Below, piece after piece: positions 8,078-17,226 of a DNA stretch of 29,080 nt. Location of the stretch: IMG/VR virus record IMGVR_UViG_3300029183_000029, positions 1-29,080 of that record; one strand, 5' to 3'. Under the pieces are notes generated by a model that ran no database searches, was not told where the DNA came from, and saw nothing but the letters and a program-made list of their open reading frames with translations. Origin of the DNA: a virus (lineage: Duplodnaviria; Caudoviricetes). Made by a program: the position numbers and the translations under genes. Numbering within the stretch: the first letter of the stretch is position 1; each line of letters starts with the position of its first letter.

Positions 8078-8254
8078 ATGGACGGACACAACAAAAAAGT
8101 GAACAAGACAAATGACTTTCACGGTAAAGGTCAGAGTAACAAGATTGAGAGATTGAACAACCCTTACCCTGCAAAAGGTGTAAAGGCTTCAAGAAATACA
8201 GGAGAAAATAAATCTGGTTCTGCGTTTTTACGTAGAAACCAACACGGAAAGTAA
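8078..8254 (+). CDS. Small basic hydrophilic protein (58 aa; not in ORF track)
   Basis: MDGHNKKVNKTNDFHGKGQSNKIERLNNPYPAKGVKASRNTGENKSGSAFLRRNQHGK; first ORF after the promoter box, with an A-rich leader. Confidence 0.7.
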   Translation: MDGHNKKVNKTNDFHGKGQSNKIERLNNPYPAKGVKASRNTGENKSGSAFLRRNQHGK

Positions 8255-8321
8255 AATTTCCAACCTAAAGTAGTTATCTAATAAGTAGAATTTTCGTAAA
8301 ACAATTAAAGAGCAACAAGTT

Positions 8322-9185
8322 ATGCCAATTCCAGAAAAAATTAAATTAGGAGACAAAGAGTATGTACTTAAAGACCATCCAGAGTTGATGGAAATTGTAC
8401 AAGAGACCAGAAAAGAAGAGAAAACTAAATTATATGCCGAAAAAGCATCGTTGGAAGCTAAGATTAAAACCTTAGAGGACGAGCAAAAGGCAAAAGGCGA
8501 TTTATCTGCCACAAAAGAAAAAGAACTTAAAGAGTTACGTGAAGAGTTAGGGGCTGTAAAGTCTGATAAGGAGAAGTTAGAGAAAGAAATCGCAGAAGCA
8601 GAGAAGGGTAAGAAAAAACCAGAGCCGAAAAAAGAGGATGAGCCGAAGGGATTAACCAAAGAGGACGTTCAAGCACTTTTAAAGGATGCACTAGCTGAAC
8701 AAGCCAAAGAGCATAAAAAGGAGATTGAGAAAGTTCAAGGAGGTTTAACAGCCAAAGAGGTTTCAGACTACCGAAAGGAGCAGTTAGCAAAACACGAAGG
8801 AATTATAATTGCAAAATTAGTTCCAGAAGGTTTGAAGAGCAAAGAAGATGTAAACAAAGCTATTGAGGAGGCTTTAGCCGAAAGTAAACAGTACATCACT
8901 AATGAGTACGAAGTTGAAGAAGGTAAGAAGCAACGAATGACGATAGCGGAGTGGGAAAAACATCAAGCTGATGTAGCTGCTGCCGAAGAGGAAAAGAAAA
9001 AAGGTACTGGTACATATACCCCTCCACAACACCCAGACAAGCCAGATGGCGGTAGTGGTGGAGACTTAACAGGAAAGGAGTTACTTGGTAAGATTGGCGA
9101 AATGTCAGACGAAGAGTACGAAAAAAACCGAGATGCAATTATGAAGGAGGTTAAAGCTGTTAAGTATCAAGATACTGGGGAATAG
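8322..9185 (+). CDS. Capsid scaffolding protein
   Basis: Glu/Lys-rich coiled coil, Pro/Gly linker and a C-terminal MSDEEYEKNR helix; directly upstream of the capsid gene. Confidence 0.8.
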   Translation: MPIPEKIKLGDKEYVLKDHPELMEIVQETRKEEKTKLYAEKASLEAKIKTLEDEQKAKGDLSATKEKELKELREELGAVKSDKEKLEKEIAEAEKGKKKPEPKKEDEPKGLTKEDVQALLKDALAEQAKEHKKEIEKVQGGLTAKEVSDYRKEQLAKHEGIIIAKLVPEGLKSKEDVNKAIEEALAESKQYITNEYEVEEGKKQRMTIAEWEKHQADVAAAEEEKKKGTGTYTPPQHPDKPDGGSGGDLTGKELLGKIGEMSDEEYEKNRDAIMKEVKAVKYQDTGE

Positions 9186-9224
9186 ATTTTGATTATTAAC
9201 GTAAAACTTTAAAAAATAGGTATT

Positions 9225-10130
9225 ATGCCAAGTACAACAACTACAAATATACCAGCGAGTATAAGAGCGTTCTACTCACGAGAGATTATTAGAAACGCAC
9301 AGCCAAGATTGAGATTTTCGCAGTTTGCGAAGAAAAAGACTGATTTACAGACCAACGCAGGTGCTAGTATTAAATTCACAAAATATTCTTCTGTTCAGAG
9401 AGGTGGAAAGCTGACTGAAGGAGTGAATATGAGTGAAAAAGCTATGAGCAACACGGAGGTTAGCATTACAGTAGAGGAATACGGTAACGCTATTGCTGTT
9501 TTTGAGAAAGCTATTCAGTTATCTGTACACGATGAGTTAGGAGAAGCATCTATTGCTTTGGCTAACGATATGGCGTTAGTATTAGATGAGGAGTTGAGAG
9601 ATACTGCCTTATTGACTACTAATCAAGTATATGGTGGAGGTAAGACTACCGCAGGTGCTTTAGTGGCTAATGATGGTTTTACTACGCAGACGGTTAAGGA
9701 TGTTGTTGAGGCTTTGGCTACAAACAATGCGCCTAAATTTGGAGGTCAATACTATGTATGTATTGCACACCCACACCAGTTGAGACAACTTAGAGATGAT
9801 GATGATTGGGTAGATGTACATAAGTACAATGATGCTGTGGACATTTATCAAGGAGAAGTAGGAATGTACGAAGGAGTACGTTTCATTGAGACTACACAAA
9901 TGATTGCTAATAGTGCTACTGAAAGTTTAGACCAGTATGGTATCAACATCCCTACGTGGGAAGCTGTTATCTTTGGGGAAAACTCTTTTGGTTGGGCTGA
10001 AGCGTTGCCAGTAGAGATGAGAGACAATGGTGTAGAGGATTATGGTCGTAAGCACGGTATCGCTTGGTATGCGATTTGGGGCTTTGGTTTGATTGAAGAG
10101 CAAAACATTTATTCTGTTCTAACAGCGTAA
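9225..10130 (+). CDS. Major capsid protein (N4 gp56-family-like, HK97 fold)
   Basis: Motifs LTEGV, EEYGNA, YVCIAHPHQLRQLRDD, GEVGMYEGVRFIET and DYGRKHGIAWYAIWG. Confidence 0.93.
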   Translation: MPSTTTTNIPASIRAFYSREIIRNAQPRLRFSQFAKKKTDLQTNAGASIKFTKYSSVQRGGKLTEGVNMSEKAMSNTEVSITVEEYGNAIAVFEKAIQLSVHDELGEASIALANDMALVLDEELRDTALLTTNQVYGGGKTTAGALVANDGFTTQTVKDVVEALATNNAPKFGGQYYVCIAHPHQLRQLRDDDDWVDVHKYNDAVDIYQGEVGMYEGVRFIETTQMIANSATESLDQYGINIPTWEAVIFGENSFGWAEALPVEMRDNGVEDYGRKHGIAWYAIWGFGLIEEQNIYSVLTA

Positions 10131-10137
10131 TAGTTTT

Positions 10138-10222
10138 TTCATAGTTAATTTGAGGTTAGTAATAATTTCCAGAGTATTTGTAACCATTTACTCTGGAAAA
10201 ACTAATCTTAAAGATTGTTGAA
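10138..10222 (+). promoter_or_regulatory. Long imperfect hairpin after the capsid gene (processing, stabiliser or attenuator candidate)
   Basis: TTTCCAGAGTA (10166-10176) pairs with TACTCTGGAAA (10189-10199); TGAGGTTAGT (10151-10160) pairs with ACTAATCTTA (10201-10210); weaker pairing continues outward. Confidence 0.7.
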
Positions 10223-10240
10223 TTAAAAAAAGTACTAGAT

Positions 10241-10786
10241 ATGCCAGAAAGAGGTAAAAAAAGCACAGCAAAGAAAACCACTACTAAAAAAACTACAACC
10301 GATAAAGCTACTCCAGTTGAGGAGAAAGTAGAGGTTGCAGAAGAAGTAGTTAAGGTGGAAGAGCCTAAAGAGACTGTTGAGGAAACAACCGAAAAAACGG
10401 AAGAAGTAGTTGAGACTGCTGAAGCCAAAGAAGAGGTTAAGGTAGAGGAAGAAGCCAAAGAGGAAACTCCAAAGGAAGAACCTAAACCAAAAGAAAAGCC
10501 TGTAACCAAGAAAGAGGTTGTTAAAGAGATTGTAAATAAGGATGCTAACGCAAAGCTGAAAGAAGAGGTTGAGGCGAAAGCTAAATTAGAGAAGCAATTA
10601 CAGAAGGTAGAGGTAGCCCAAGTGCAAGAAAAGGGTGTAAAGACTGTTAGAGTTCGTTTTATTAAGAAGCACACATTCAACTTAGGTATCAATAAGATTG
10701 TAGCCGAAGAAGATAGTGTTCACGAGGTAGAACCACACCTAGCAAACAAGTTTGTTGCAAGAAGAATAGCTTATATTTTAGGATAA
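10241..10786 (+). CDS. Low-complexity Lys/Glu/Thr-rich protein with a small C-terminal domain
   Basis: Basic N-terminus, E/K/V-rich middle and a compact C-terminus (VRVRFIKKH...FVARRIAYIL); follows the capsid gene. Confidence 0.8.
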   Translation: MPERGKKSTAKKTTTKKTTTDKATPVEEKVEVAEEVVKVEEPKETVEETTEKTEEVVETAEAKEEVKVEEEAKEETPKEEPKPKEKPVTKKEVVKEIVNKDANAKLKEEVEAKAKLEKQLQKVEVAQVQEKGVKTVRVRFIKKHTFNLGINKIVAEEDSVHEVEPHLANKFVARRIAYILG

Positions 10787-10800
10787 AAATTTGACACATT

Positions 10801-11685
10801 ATGAGTTTGATTGTAGATAATCTAAGCTACAACCAAGCACTTAGGTCTATCCGAGAAATAATCTTAGACACTAATCCTGTTCAATGCTTTAAAGTAAGTG
10901 GACAGGATTTTTTATTTAAGAAGGATGCGACAGAGGTAGCTTTGGATAGCGATACCTACACCTTTACGGAAGTAGAAAAATATTATGACCTTATGGACAA
11001 ATTAAGGTCTAAGGAGGTTAATGTAGAGATACTACCAGACTTTGTAGCTACGGAATTTGTAAGAGACACGGTTAATTTTAATTATCCGAGCATTACAGAC
11101 GAAAAAACCATAAGCCGAGAACGATACTTTTCTACTTATACTATTGAGAAGGTTATAGAGGAGTTCTATGCCTACTACTGCCCATACTACGGAGTTCCTA
11201 AAACGGTTGCTAGAATTTTTGAAGATTTAGATTACTTTGATAGACGTAAATTAGTTTTTTGGGTAGCTTATTACCTTGTAGATAAGAAGAGAATGAATTA
11301 TGCAGCTAGTTCAGAAGCTATACGGTTACAGAACGAGGCAGATGGGGAAATTTGCGGAACAGACGGACAACTAAAAAATACAGAGACTTCTATAACTACT
11401 AGAGTGGGAGAAGTTTTCTCTGTTACCGAGAAGGATAAAGATGACGGAAAGGCTACTGAAGGTTTTACTAGTTTCTGGGGAGACAAGTATTCTTATTACA
11501 CCAAACTGCAACTCTGGATAAGAGATAGGTTTGAGAGACAGTTCAAAGACTTCTCATTGAGAGATGATGCTATGATAAGTCAGTCGTTTACTATTGAGAA
11601 GGGTTGGGAGAATATGGCTTGGATAAATACTATGGACTTTTCAAAGAGTACTACTGATATTATGAACCCAGATTATAGAGTATAA
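10801..11685 (+). CDS. Putative head-tail adaptor/neck protein
   Basis: Position between the capsid and head-closure genes; function from synteny only. Confidence 0.55.
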   Translation: MSLIVDNLSYNQALRSIREIILDTNPVQCFKVSGQDFLFKKDATEVALDSDTYTFTEVEKYYDLMDKLRSKEVNVEILPDFVATEFVRDTVNFNYPSITDEKTISRERYFSTYTIEKVIEEFYAYYCPYYGVPKTVARIFEDLDYFDRRKLVFWVAYYLVDKKRMNYAASSEAIRLQNEADGEICGTDGQLKNTETSITTRVGEVFSVTEKDKDDGKATEGFTSFWGDKYSYYTKLQLWIRDRFERQFKDFSLRDDAMISQSFTIEKGWENMAWINTMDFSKSTTDIMNPDYRV

Positions 11686-11686
11686 G

Positions 11687-12154
11687 ATGATAACACCTAG
11701 TAAATTTGCGCAACTACAAAAATTGTTTTTCAGTAAGGTAACTACTTGCTGTAACCCATCTACTGTAACTTTGAATTTTATCAAACTTACTACTAATGGA
11801 GATTATGCAGATTTTACAGGGGATAGTGAGCGAGATATTGACCAAGAAATTACTTTGAGATGTTTCTATGATAGAAATTTGAGCGACAAAAGAAGGGAAA
11901 AATACGGAGTTAGTACTGAAGTTACTGATATAGTGTTTATATCCCCTCTGGAACTTAAAGCCAAGTATGGTAATATTAGATTTCCAGAGTACATACTATC
12001 TTCTTTTTCTCAAATTAGTGTTGGGTTTTTAGGTAAGCATTATGAGATTGATAATATTATTGAACTAGAGCCTATGCACAACGGAAAGGAGTGGGTTTGT
12101 TTGGCATATCAAATAAATCTTATGGGAACTACTGGAAATACCGATATTAACTAA
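11687..12154 (+). CDS. Putative head-closure protein
   Basis: 155 aa, beta-rich pattern (REKYG...DIVFIS...FLGKHYEIDNI); neck-region synteny. Confidence 0.6.
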   Translation: MITPSKFAQLQKLFFSKVTTCCNPSTVTLNFIKLTTNGDYADFTGDSERDIDQEITLRCFYDRNLSDKRREKYGVSTEVTDIVFISPLELKAKYGNIRFPEYILSSFSQISVGFLGKHYEIDNIIELEPMHNGKEWVCLAYQINLMGTTGNTDIN

Positions 12155-12645
12155 TGGCAAAGAATGTTGATGTAACAATACGAAATATACGAGGAGGCTA
12201 TGGAGCAATTAACTTATTTAGGTTTTTTGATGATGGTATTAGGAAGAGATTGCCCAAAGGACTAGCAGAGGACTTTAAGAAGGAACTAATAAAGAATATT
12301 GATAAGAACACTTTTGGTTTTGAGTTAAGTCCTAGATGGGTAAACTTTAAGCGGAGAGTTGGAGCGGATACTAGACCGTTTTTGATGTTTAAGCATTATA
12401 AGAATGCGATTAGTATTGTAACTTCAAAAGGTCATTTGTCTGTTGGTTTTAAGAGAACAGCCAGACACCCAAGAGCGAAAATATCTATGGGAGCATTGGC
12501 GTTACAGTTGGAGTACGGAGATTTAGCGAAGAATATCCCTGCTAGACCTCTCTGGAGAAAAACTACGGAGAAATACTTTAGAGAGAAGAAGGGTCATATT
12601 GGAGAATTAGTCAAAAAGGCTTTAGAAAAGAAAGGTAGAGTTTGA
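12154..12645 (+). CDS. Neck/tail-completion (virion morphogenesis) protein
   Basis: Basic protein with ALQLEYG...IPARPLWR, the motif of Mu gpG/HK97 gp10-like proteins; TAATG overlap. Confidence 0.8.
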   Translation: MAKNVDVTIRNIRGGYGAINLFRFFDDGIRKRLPKGLAEDFKKELIKNIDKNTFGFELSPRWVNFKRRVGADTRPFLMFKHYKNAISIVTSKGHLSVGFKRTARHPRAKISMGALALQLEYGDLAKNIPARPLWRKTTEKYFREKKGHIGELVKKALEKKGRV

Positions 12646-12902
12646 GCAGAGTAAAATCATATACAGCCAAGAGAGGTAAGAAAACCGTCAAAGTAAAAGA
12701 ACACACTAGAAAAAAGGGTATGTACCGTAGTGTTAAGAGTTCTTTTATTGATAGAATTTCTGATGATGGGCAGGGAGGAGCGATAGTTACCATATTGGGT
12801 AGAGATTATCCGTACCCATTTATACCAAAAGCAAAGGTTGGTGGAGTTATTCGTGGAGGAGGTAGATATTACAACAAACAAATTAGAGGGAAATATTTTT
12901 AA
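12642..12902 (+). CDS. Small basic protein with a divergent KTSC-like domain (TTG start)
   Basis: VKSSFIDRI...YPYPFIP...GRYYNKQIRGKY follows the KTSC pattern; TTGA overlap; fills the gap to 12905. Confidence 0.65.
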   Translation: MSRVKSYTAKRGKKTVKVKEHTRKKGMYRSVKSSFIDRISDDGQGGAIVTILGRDYPYPFIPKAKVGGVIRGGGRYYNKQIRGKYF

Positions 12903-12904
12903 CT

Positions 12905-13639
12905 ATGCCATTTACAAAGACACACCAAGTTCCTAAAGAGTTTTTCAACTTCTTCCTATCTAAAGCTACAAAAAAGCCTATTAGTGGGGATAATAGACAA
13001 CACCCAATGTTACCAATAGAACTACATACTGGAGGAACAGAGGATTTTATGGTTAGGTATTATAAAAAAGGTGGGGAAAGTTCTGCGGAAGATGTGAGAG
13101 AGTTTTATCCTTGTTTTGTAATACAAGATTTTCAACCAGAGATAGATAAGAGGAGATTATGGGGAAGAGATTATATTGATGGTATTTACGATGATGTGAA
13201 TAAAACCACAGAGAAAATTATCTTACCGATACCGTTTATGTATAAGTTCCAAGTTTCGGTAGTAGCGAAGAGGAAAAGGGAGATTGATAGTGCTAATGAT
13301 TGGTTTATGCAAAATTTTTCTTTACATAGACCAGACTGCTTTACTTTTAATTCTTTTGATACAGATGAGGGGAAGGTTGGGGATATAGTTCCTTACAGAA
13401 TTGAGTTCACAGAAATACCTAGAGAAGATAGGAGGTTTGAGTATGCGTATGATTTCACATTAGATACTACCATACACGCTAGAGCCAAAACTTATACTGC
13501 TTCAGAAGAAGATGGAGAGTTTAATGGTTTTGTGGGGGGTAATTTTGAAGATGCGCTAGAGAAAATAAAACTAACTTTAAAGGTAGGAGATTTAACAGGC
13601 TTGAAAGAGGTTGTGTACCAGAACTTTGAAGTAGAATAG
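12905..13639 (+). CDS. Putative tail terminator/completion protein
   Basis: YPCFVIQDF and PIPFMYKFQVSV patterns; located shortly before the sheath. Confidence 0.6.
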   Translation: MPFTKTHQVPKEFFNFFLSKATKKPISGDNRQHPMLPIELHTGGTEDFMVRYYKKGGESSAEDVREFYPCFVIQDFQPEIDKRRLWGRDYIDGIYDDVNKTTEKIILPIPFMYKFQVSVVAKRKREIDSANDWFMQNFSLHRPDCFTFNSFDTDEGKVGDIVPYRIEFTEIPREDRRFEYAYDFTLDTTIHARAKTYTASEEDGEFNGFVGGNFEDALEKIKLTLKVGDLTGLKEVVYQNFEVE

Positions 13640-13670
13640 TAATATACTATAAATATTTCAACATAAAGTG

Positions 13671-13678
13671 TATATTTG
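13671..13678 (+). promoter_or_regulatory. Bacteroidota-type -7 promoter box
   Basis: TATATTTG in the gap before the sheath/tube genes. Confidence 0.65.
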
Positions 13679-13701
13679 TAAACGATTAAATCTTATTTAA
13701 G

Positions 13702-13980
13702 ATGCCAGAAAGAAACAAGAAAAAACCTACAACTACTAAAAAGACAGAGGCAAAAAAAGAAACTGCTCCTGTTGTAGAAGGTAAGAAAACTATAAAGAAA
13801 CCAGTTAAGAAGGGGTGTGTTATCAAGAATAATACTAACCAGAAGCAAGTTACAGAATTAGAGGGAAAACATTTAGCGTTTAATGCTTACGAAGAAAAGA
13901 AGTTTGAATTTGATGAGGCTACTGCCGAGAAATATTTTGGTTTTTTAATATCAAAAAACATACTTAAAATCAAAAAATAA
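13702..13980 (+). CDS. Small Lys-rich protein preceding the sheath
   Basis: 92 aa; N-terminus MPERNKKKPTTTKKT resembles that of ORF 10241. Confidence 0.8.
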   Translation: MPERNKKKPTTTKKTEAKKETAPVVEGKKTIKKPVKKGCVIKNNTNQKQVTELEGKHLAFNAYEEKKFEFDEATAEKYFGFLISKNILKIKK

Positions 13981-13986
13981 CAAGAT

Positions 13987-15852
13987 ATGCCAAACGCTTT
14001 TTCAGGACAAATCGGAGTTACAGCAGAGGAGAGAGTAATCAATGCCTTTAGTTTAGGCTCTGATATAAGTACAAGAAACATAGGGCTTCTAGTAGAGCGT
14101 GTTAGGGGGGTTGATAACAAACCTACTCTAGTTACTAGTTTGAAGGAAGATAAGAGAATATTTGGAGACCACAACTCTAATATGTATTCTTCTTATGTTG
14201 TAGAGAATTTATTTAAAAATACAGGAGGATACCCTGCCAATGTTTTCCAAGTACGTATAGTAGGTACTGGGTCTATTGCAGCGAAGGCTATTGTTGCTAA
14301 CGCTTCAGCAGATACACAAACTTTGGTTAGTACAACTACTCAAAATGCGAGTGCTACGCAAGGGCAGATAAATGAAATTGAGGCTAGTAATGTTGAGGTA
14401 GGAGATGAGTTCTCTGTTCAGATAGAGGGTACTGATGATTTAGGTGGAACTCCTACTGCATTTGACCACACAGCTACATTTACAGCTACGACTACGAATG
14501 TTGCTGATGTTATTGCAGGGCTAGAGGCTGATTTAACTACCTTCTTTGGCACTTTGACTGATACTTATACTGCTGCGATTGTTTCTGGAAAACTTGTTAT
14601 TACAAGTCCAAACAATGCACCTTTTACTATTACTGCATCTACTACCAATGATGGTACTTCAGAGAACATTTTTGAGGTTGTTGCAGGAAGAGAAGGCGAA
14701 GAAGATAAGGGAGATTGGGGTAATGAGATAAGAGTACGAGTATTTCCTATTGGACACACTAACGGAAGCCCAGATGGGTATAAGATGGATGTGTTCTATC
14801 AAGGATATTTAGTAGAGACATATATTAGCGATGCTACGGATTGGGAAAGTTTGATTAACCAAGTTAATCAACTAAGTGAGTATGTTCTTATTAACGCTAT
14901 TGATTTAGCAAAGAGCCTTACATTAAATCCAGTTGATGTTACTTTATCTGGAGGTGTTTATGTAGCACCTACTGAAAGCCAGTTAGAGCCTAACTATAAC
15001 TCTGTTACAAGCGCACCAGAAGGAATGGCTATTTTTGAAGGTGTTGATGTTCAGATATTAGCTTGTCCAGAGGTATTTACTGCTAACTTCCAGAGACTTT
15101 GTGAAAATTTCGCAAGAGACGTTATGAAGTTTTACTTATTCAATTTGCCATATTTGGCTACGGAGAGTGTTATAGAGACATACTACAACACATTATTTAC
15201 TCCAGACCAAAGTTTTGCAGCGAGTGTATTGAATTGGTGTGAAGTTCCTGCCGACCAAGAGGGTAATAAAATATGGATACCTTCAATAGGGTATGCTTTA
15301 GGAGCAGGATATATTCGTAAGGCAGGTCTTTATAATGGTTATGTTTGGACACCTCCCGCAGGTGTTGAGACTAACTCTAAAGGAATATTTAGATTTACTC
15401 ACGATAATCTTTCTGATGAGACTATTGGACGATATGTGAAGAAGTGGAGAACAAACGTAGTTAAATTCGTTAAGAATGTAGGCTTCTGTTTGTGGAGTTC
15501 AAGAACATACTCTAATAACTCTTTATTTGAGAGCATACATATTCGTTTGGAAACAAACTGGATTGTTGCTAATGTGAAAACAAGAAATGAGCGATTTATT
15601 CAAAGGTTGAATACACCTACTATCCAGAAGGAGATGAAGGTGGATAATTTGATTTGGTTCAAGAACTTGTATGAGCAGGGAGGTATTGAGGCTAGTATTC
15701 CATTTGATGAAGCGGTTATCATTGAGGTAGAGACTAGCAAAGAGGACAGAAAGGAAGCTGAAATGGAAATTGCTTGGATACCGCCAGAGTGCTTAGAGCA
15801 TATCCATATAAAAGTGAGTAGAAATGATGGTGTTTTAATCTTTAACGTATAA
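13987..15852 (+). CDS. Contractile tail sheath protein
   Basis: RGVDNKPTLVTS, GDWGNEIRV, WTPPAG, LWSSRT and IHIRL motifs, plus a sheath-like C-terminus (EIAWIPPECLEHIHIKV). Confidence 0.93.
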   Translation: MPNAFSGQIGVTAEERVINAFSLGSDISTRNIGLLVERVRGVDNKPTLVTSLKEDKRIFGDHNSNMYSSYVVENLFKNTGGYPANVFQVRIVGTGSIAAKAIVANASADTQTLVSTTTQNASATQGQINEIEASNVEVGDEFSVQIEGTDDLGGTPTAFDHTATFTATTTNVADVIAGLEADLTTFFGTLTDTYTAAIVSGKLVITSPNNAPFTITASTTNDGTSENIFEVVAGREGEEDKGDWGNEIRVRVFPIGHTNGSPDGYKMDVFYQGYLVETYISDATDWESLINQVNQLSEYVLINAIDLAKSLTLNPVDVTLSGGVYVAPTESQLEPNYNSVTSAPEGMAIFEGVDVQILACPEVFTANFQRLCENFARDVMKFYLFNLPYLATESVIETYYNTLFTPDQSFAASVLNWCEVPADQEGNKIWIPSIGYALGAGYIRKAGLYNGYVWTPPAGVETNSKGIFRFTHDNLSDETIGRYVKKWRTNVVKFVKNVGFCLWSSRTYSNNSLFESIHIRLETNWIVANVKTRNERFIQRLNTPTIQKEMKVDNLIWFKNLYEQGGIEASIPFDEAVIIEVETSKEDRKEAEMEIAWIPPECLEHIHIKVSRNDGVLIFNV

Positions 15853-15862
15853 TTATAAAGCT

Positions 15863-16300
15863 ATGCCACTTAAACCAAGTGATTTATTAACTAATAACCA
15901 TTGGTACTTTGAAGTGCCAGGTCTTATTAGTCCGCATTTCCACACTTTAGAGGGAATTGAGCAAAAATCTGGAGAAGTATTCATTGTTGATGGTGCTACT
16001 AACATTAAACATAAATTTAGTTCACAGCTTAAAGACTATGGAGATATAGTTTTAACTAGGGCTATGGATGGGTCAGCAGATGACCAAAGTATGAGAGTGT
16101 TGAGCCAACAATGTATGAATGAAGGCTTTAGATTTGACGGAAGTTTAGTAAAGATGCACAATGGGCAGGAAGTATTCAGAATTTTATTTTTGGGGCTTCG
16201 TATCAAGAACATTGCACACCCTTCACTAAAAACTGACGGAGAAGAGAGATATGATATTAAATACACTTGTTCTGTTTCAGAATGGGTTGAGATACCTTAA
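15863..16300 (+). CDS. Tail tube protein (T4 gp19-like)
   Basis: 145 aa after the sheath; FHTLEGIE and YGDIVLTRAM motifs. Confidence 0.88.
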   Translation: MPLKPSDLLTNNHWYFEVPGLISPHFHTLEGIEQKSGEVFIVDGATNIKHKFSSQLKDYGDIVLTRAMDGSADDQSMRVLSQQCMNEGFRFDGSLVKMHNGQEVFRILFLGLRIKNIAHPSLKTDGEERYDIKYTCSVSEWVEIP

Positions 16301-16353
16301 TAGGTATTTGAGGGTATTACAAGTTTACTAATTGACGAAAAAACATAAGAAGT

Positions 16354-17196
16354 ATGGAAGATAGACATTTTATATTACCGATTGGGTTTAAGGTAGATGG
16401 TACTGATATTGTTACTCTACCTATTGCGGAAACTGGAGGAGAAGCCGAAAGGATTTACACAAAGCGACCTAGTACGACTAAACTACATACTTGGTTTGGT
16501 CAGCTTATCGCAGCTTCAGTAGAGAAAATCGGTGATGAGAAAATAGCGGAGAAGTTTCTGAAACAAGACGATAAAAAAGATATTCCTGCATTGGTTAAGA
16601 AGATTTCTTTTCTTGATGCAGGAACTTTGCTTATACAAATTCAAAGGGAGTGTTGGGAGCGAAAGATAGAGAACCAGAAACTTACTTGCACTAGTTGCGG
16701 AAGTAAGTTAGATGCTACTATTGATTTAGACCGAATAGAAATCCCAGAGAATAAGGAAGGGAAAGCGATAGAGACGTTTGATGTTAAACTACCTAGAGTT
16801 TATACTATCAATACTGGAGTAGAGCAATTAAAGGAATATGAGGGATATAAATTCAATCATATTAAATTTAGAACAGCTACTTTAGGAGATGCTATCAAAC
16901 ACGAGGGAGTTACAAAAGATGAGGTAGCATTGTGGAGAAACATTGGTTTTGACACAATGATTGGTTTGTTTTATAAAGACGAAGAAGGAAACATTGATGA
17001 AGTACCAGATGGGTATGTTACCAAGAGAGGAAAATTGTTATTCACGAAGGATTTTAATACACCTACGCTGAAAGCAATTAGGTCTGGGTTACAGAAGTCC
17101 TTACCGTCAGCAAAATTCTTCTATGAGGAAGAGTGTCCAGAATGCGGAAGTGAAACTCCGTTCTTTGCCTCCGTGTCGAATTTTTTTTCTGCTTGA
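16354..17196 (+). CDS. Tail assembly chaperone (T4 gp26-like, two CxxC motifs)
   Basis: Between tube and tape measure; CTSC and CPEC motifs, KFRTATLGD; ends in NFF at a slippery site. Confidence 0.8.
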   Translation: MEDRHFILPIGFKVDGTDIVTLPIAETGGEAERIYTKRPSTTKLHTWFGQLIAASVEKIGDEKIAEKFLKQDDKKDIPALVKKISFLDAGTLLIQIQRECWERKIENQKLTCTSCGSKLDATIDLDRIEIPENKEGKAIETFDVKLPRVYTINTGVEQLKEYEGYKFNHIKFRTATLGDAIKHEGVTKDEVALWRNIGFDTMIGLFYKDEEGNIDEVPDGYVTKRGKLLFTKDFNTPTLKAIRSGLQKSLPSAKFFYEEECPECGSETPFFASVSNFFSA

Positions 17197-17226
17197 CTTC
17201 TGTTTATTATCGGGGCATTAGAAGTC
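17181..17226 (+). promoter_or_regulatory. Programmed -1 ribosomal frameshift signal
   Basis: In-phase T TTT TTT heptamer (17181-17187), 7-nt spacer, then stem GACTTCT (17195-17201)/AGAAGTC (17220-17226). Confidence 0.8.
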
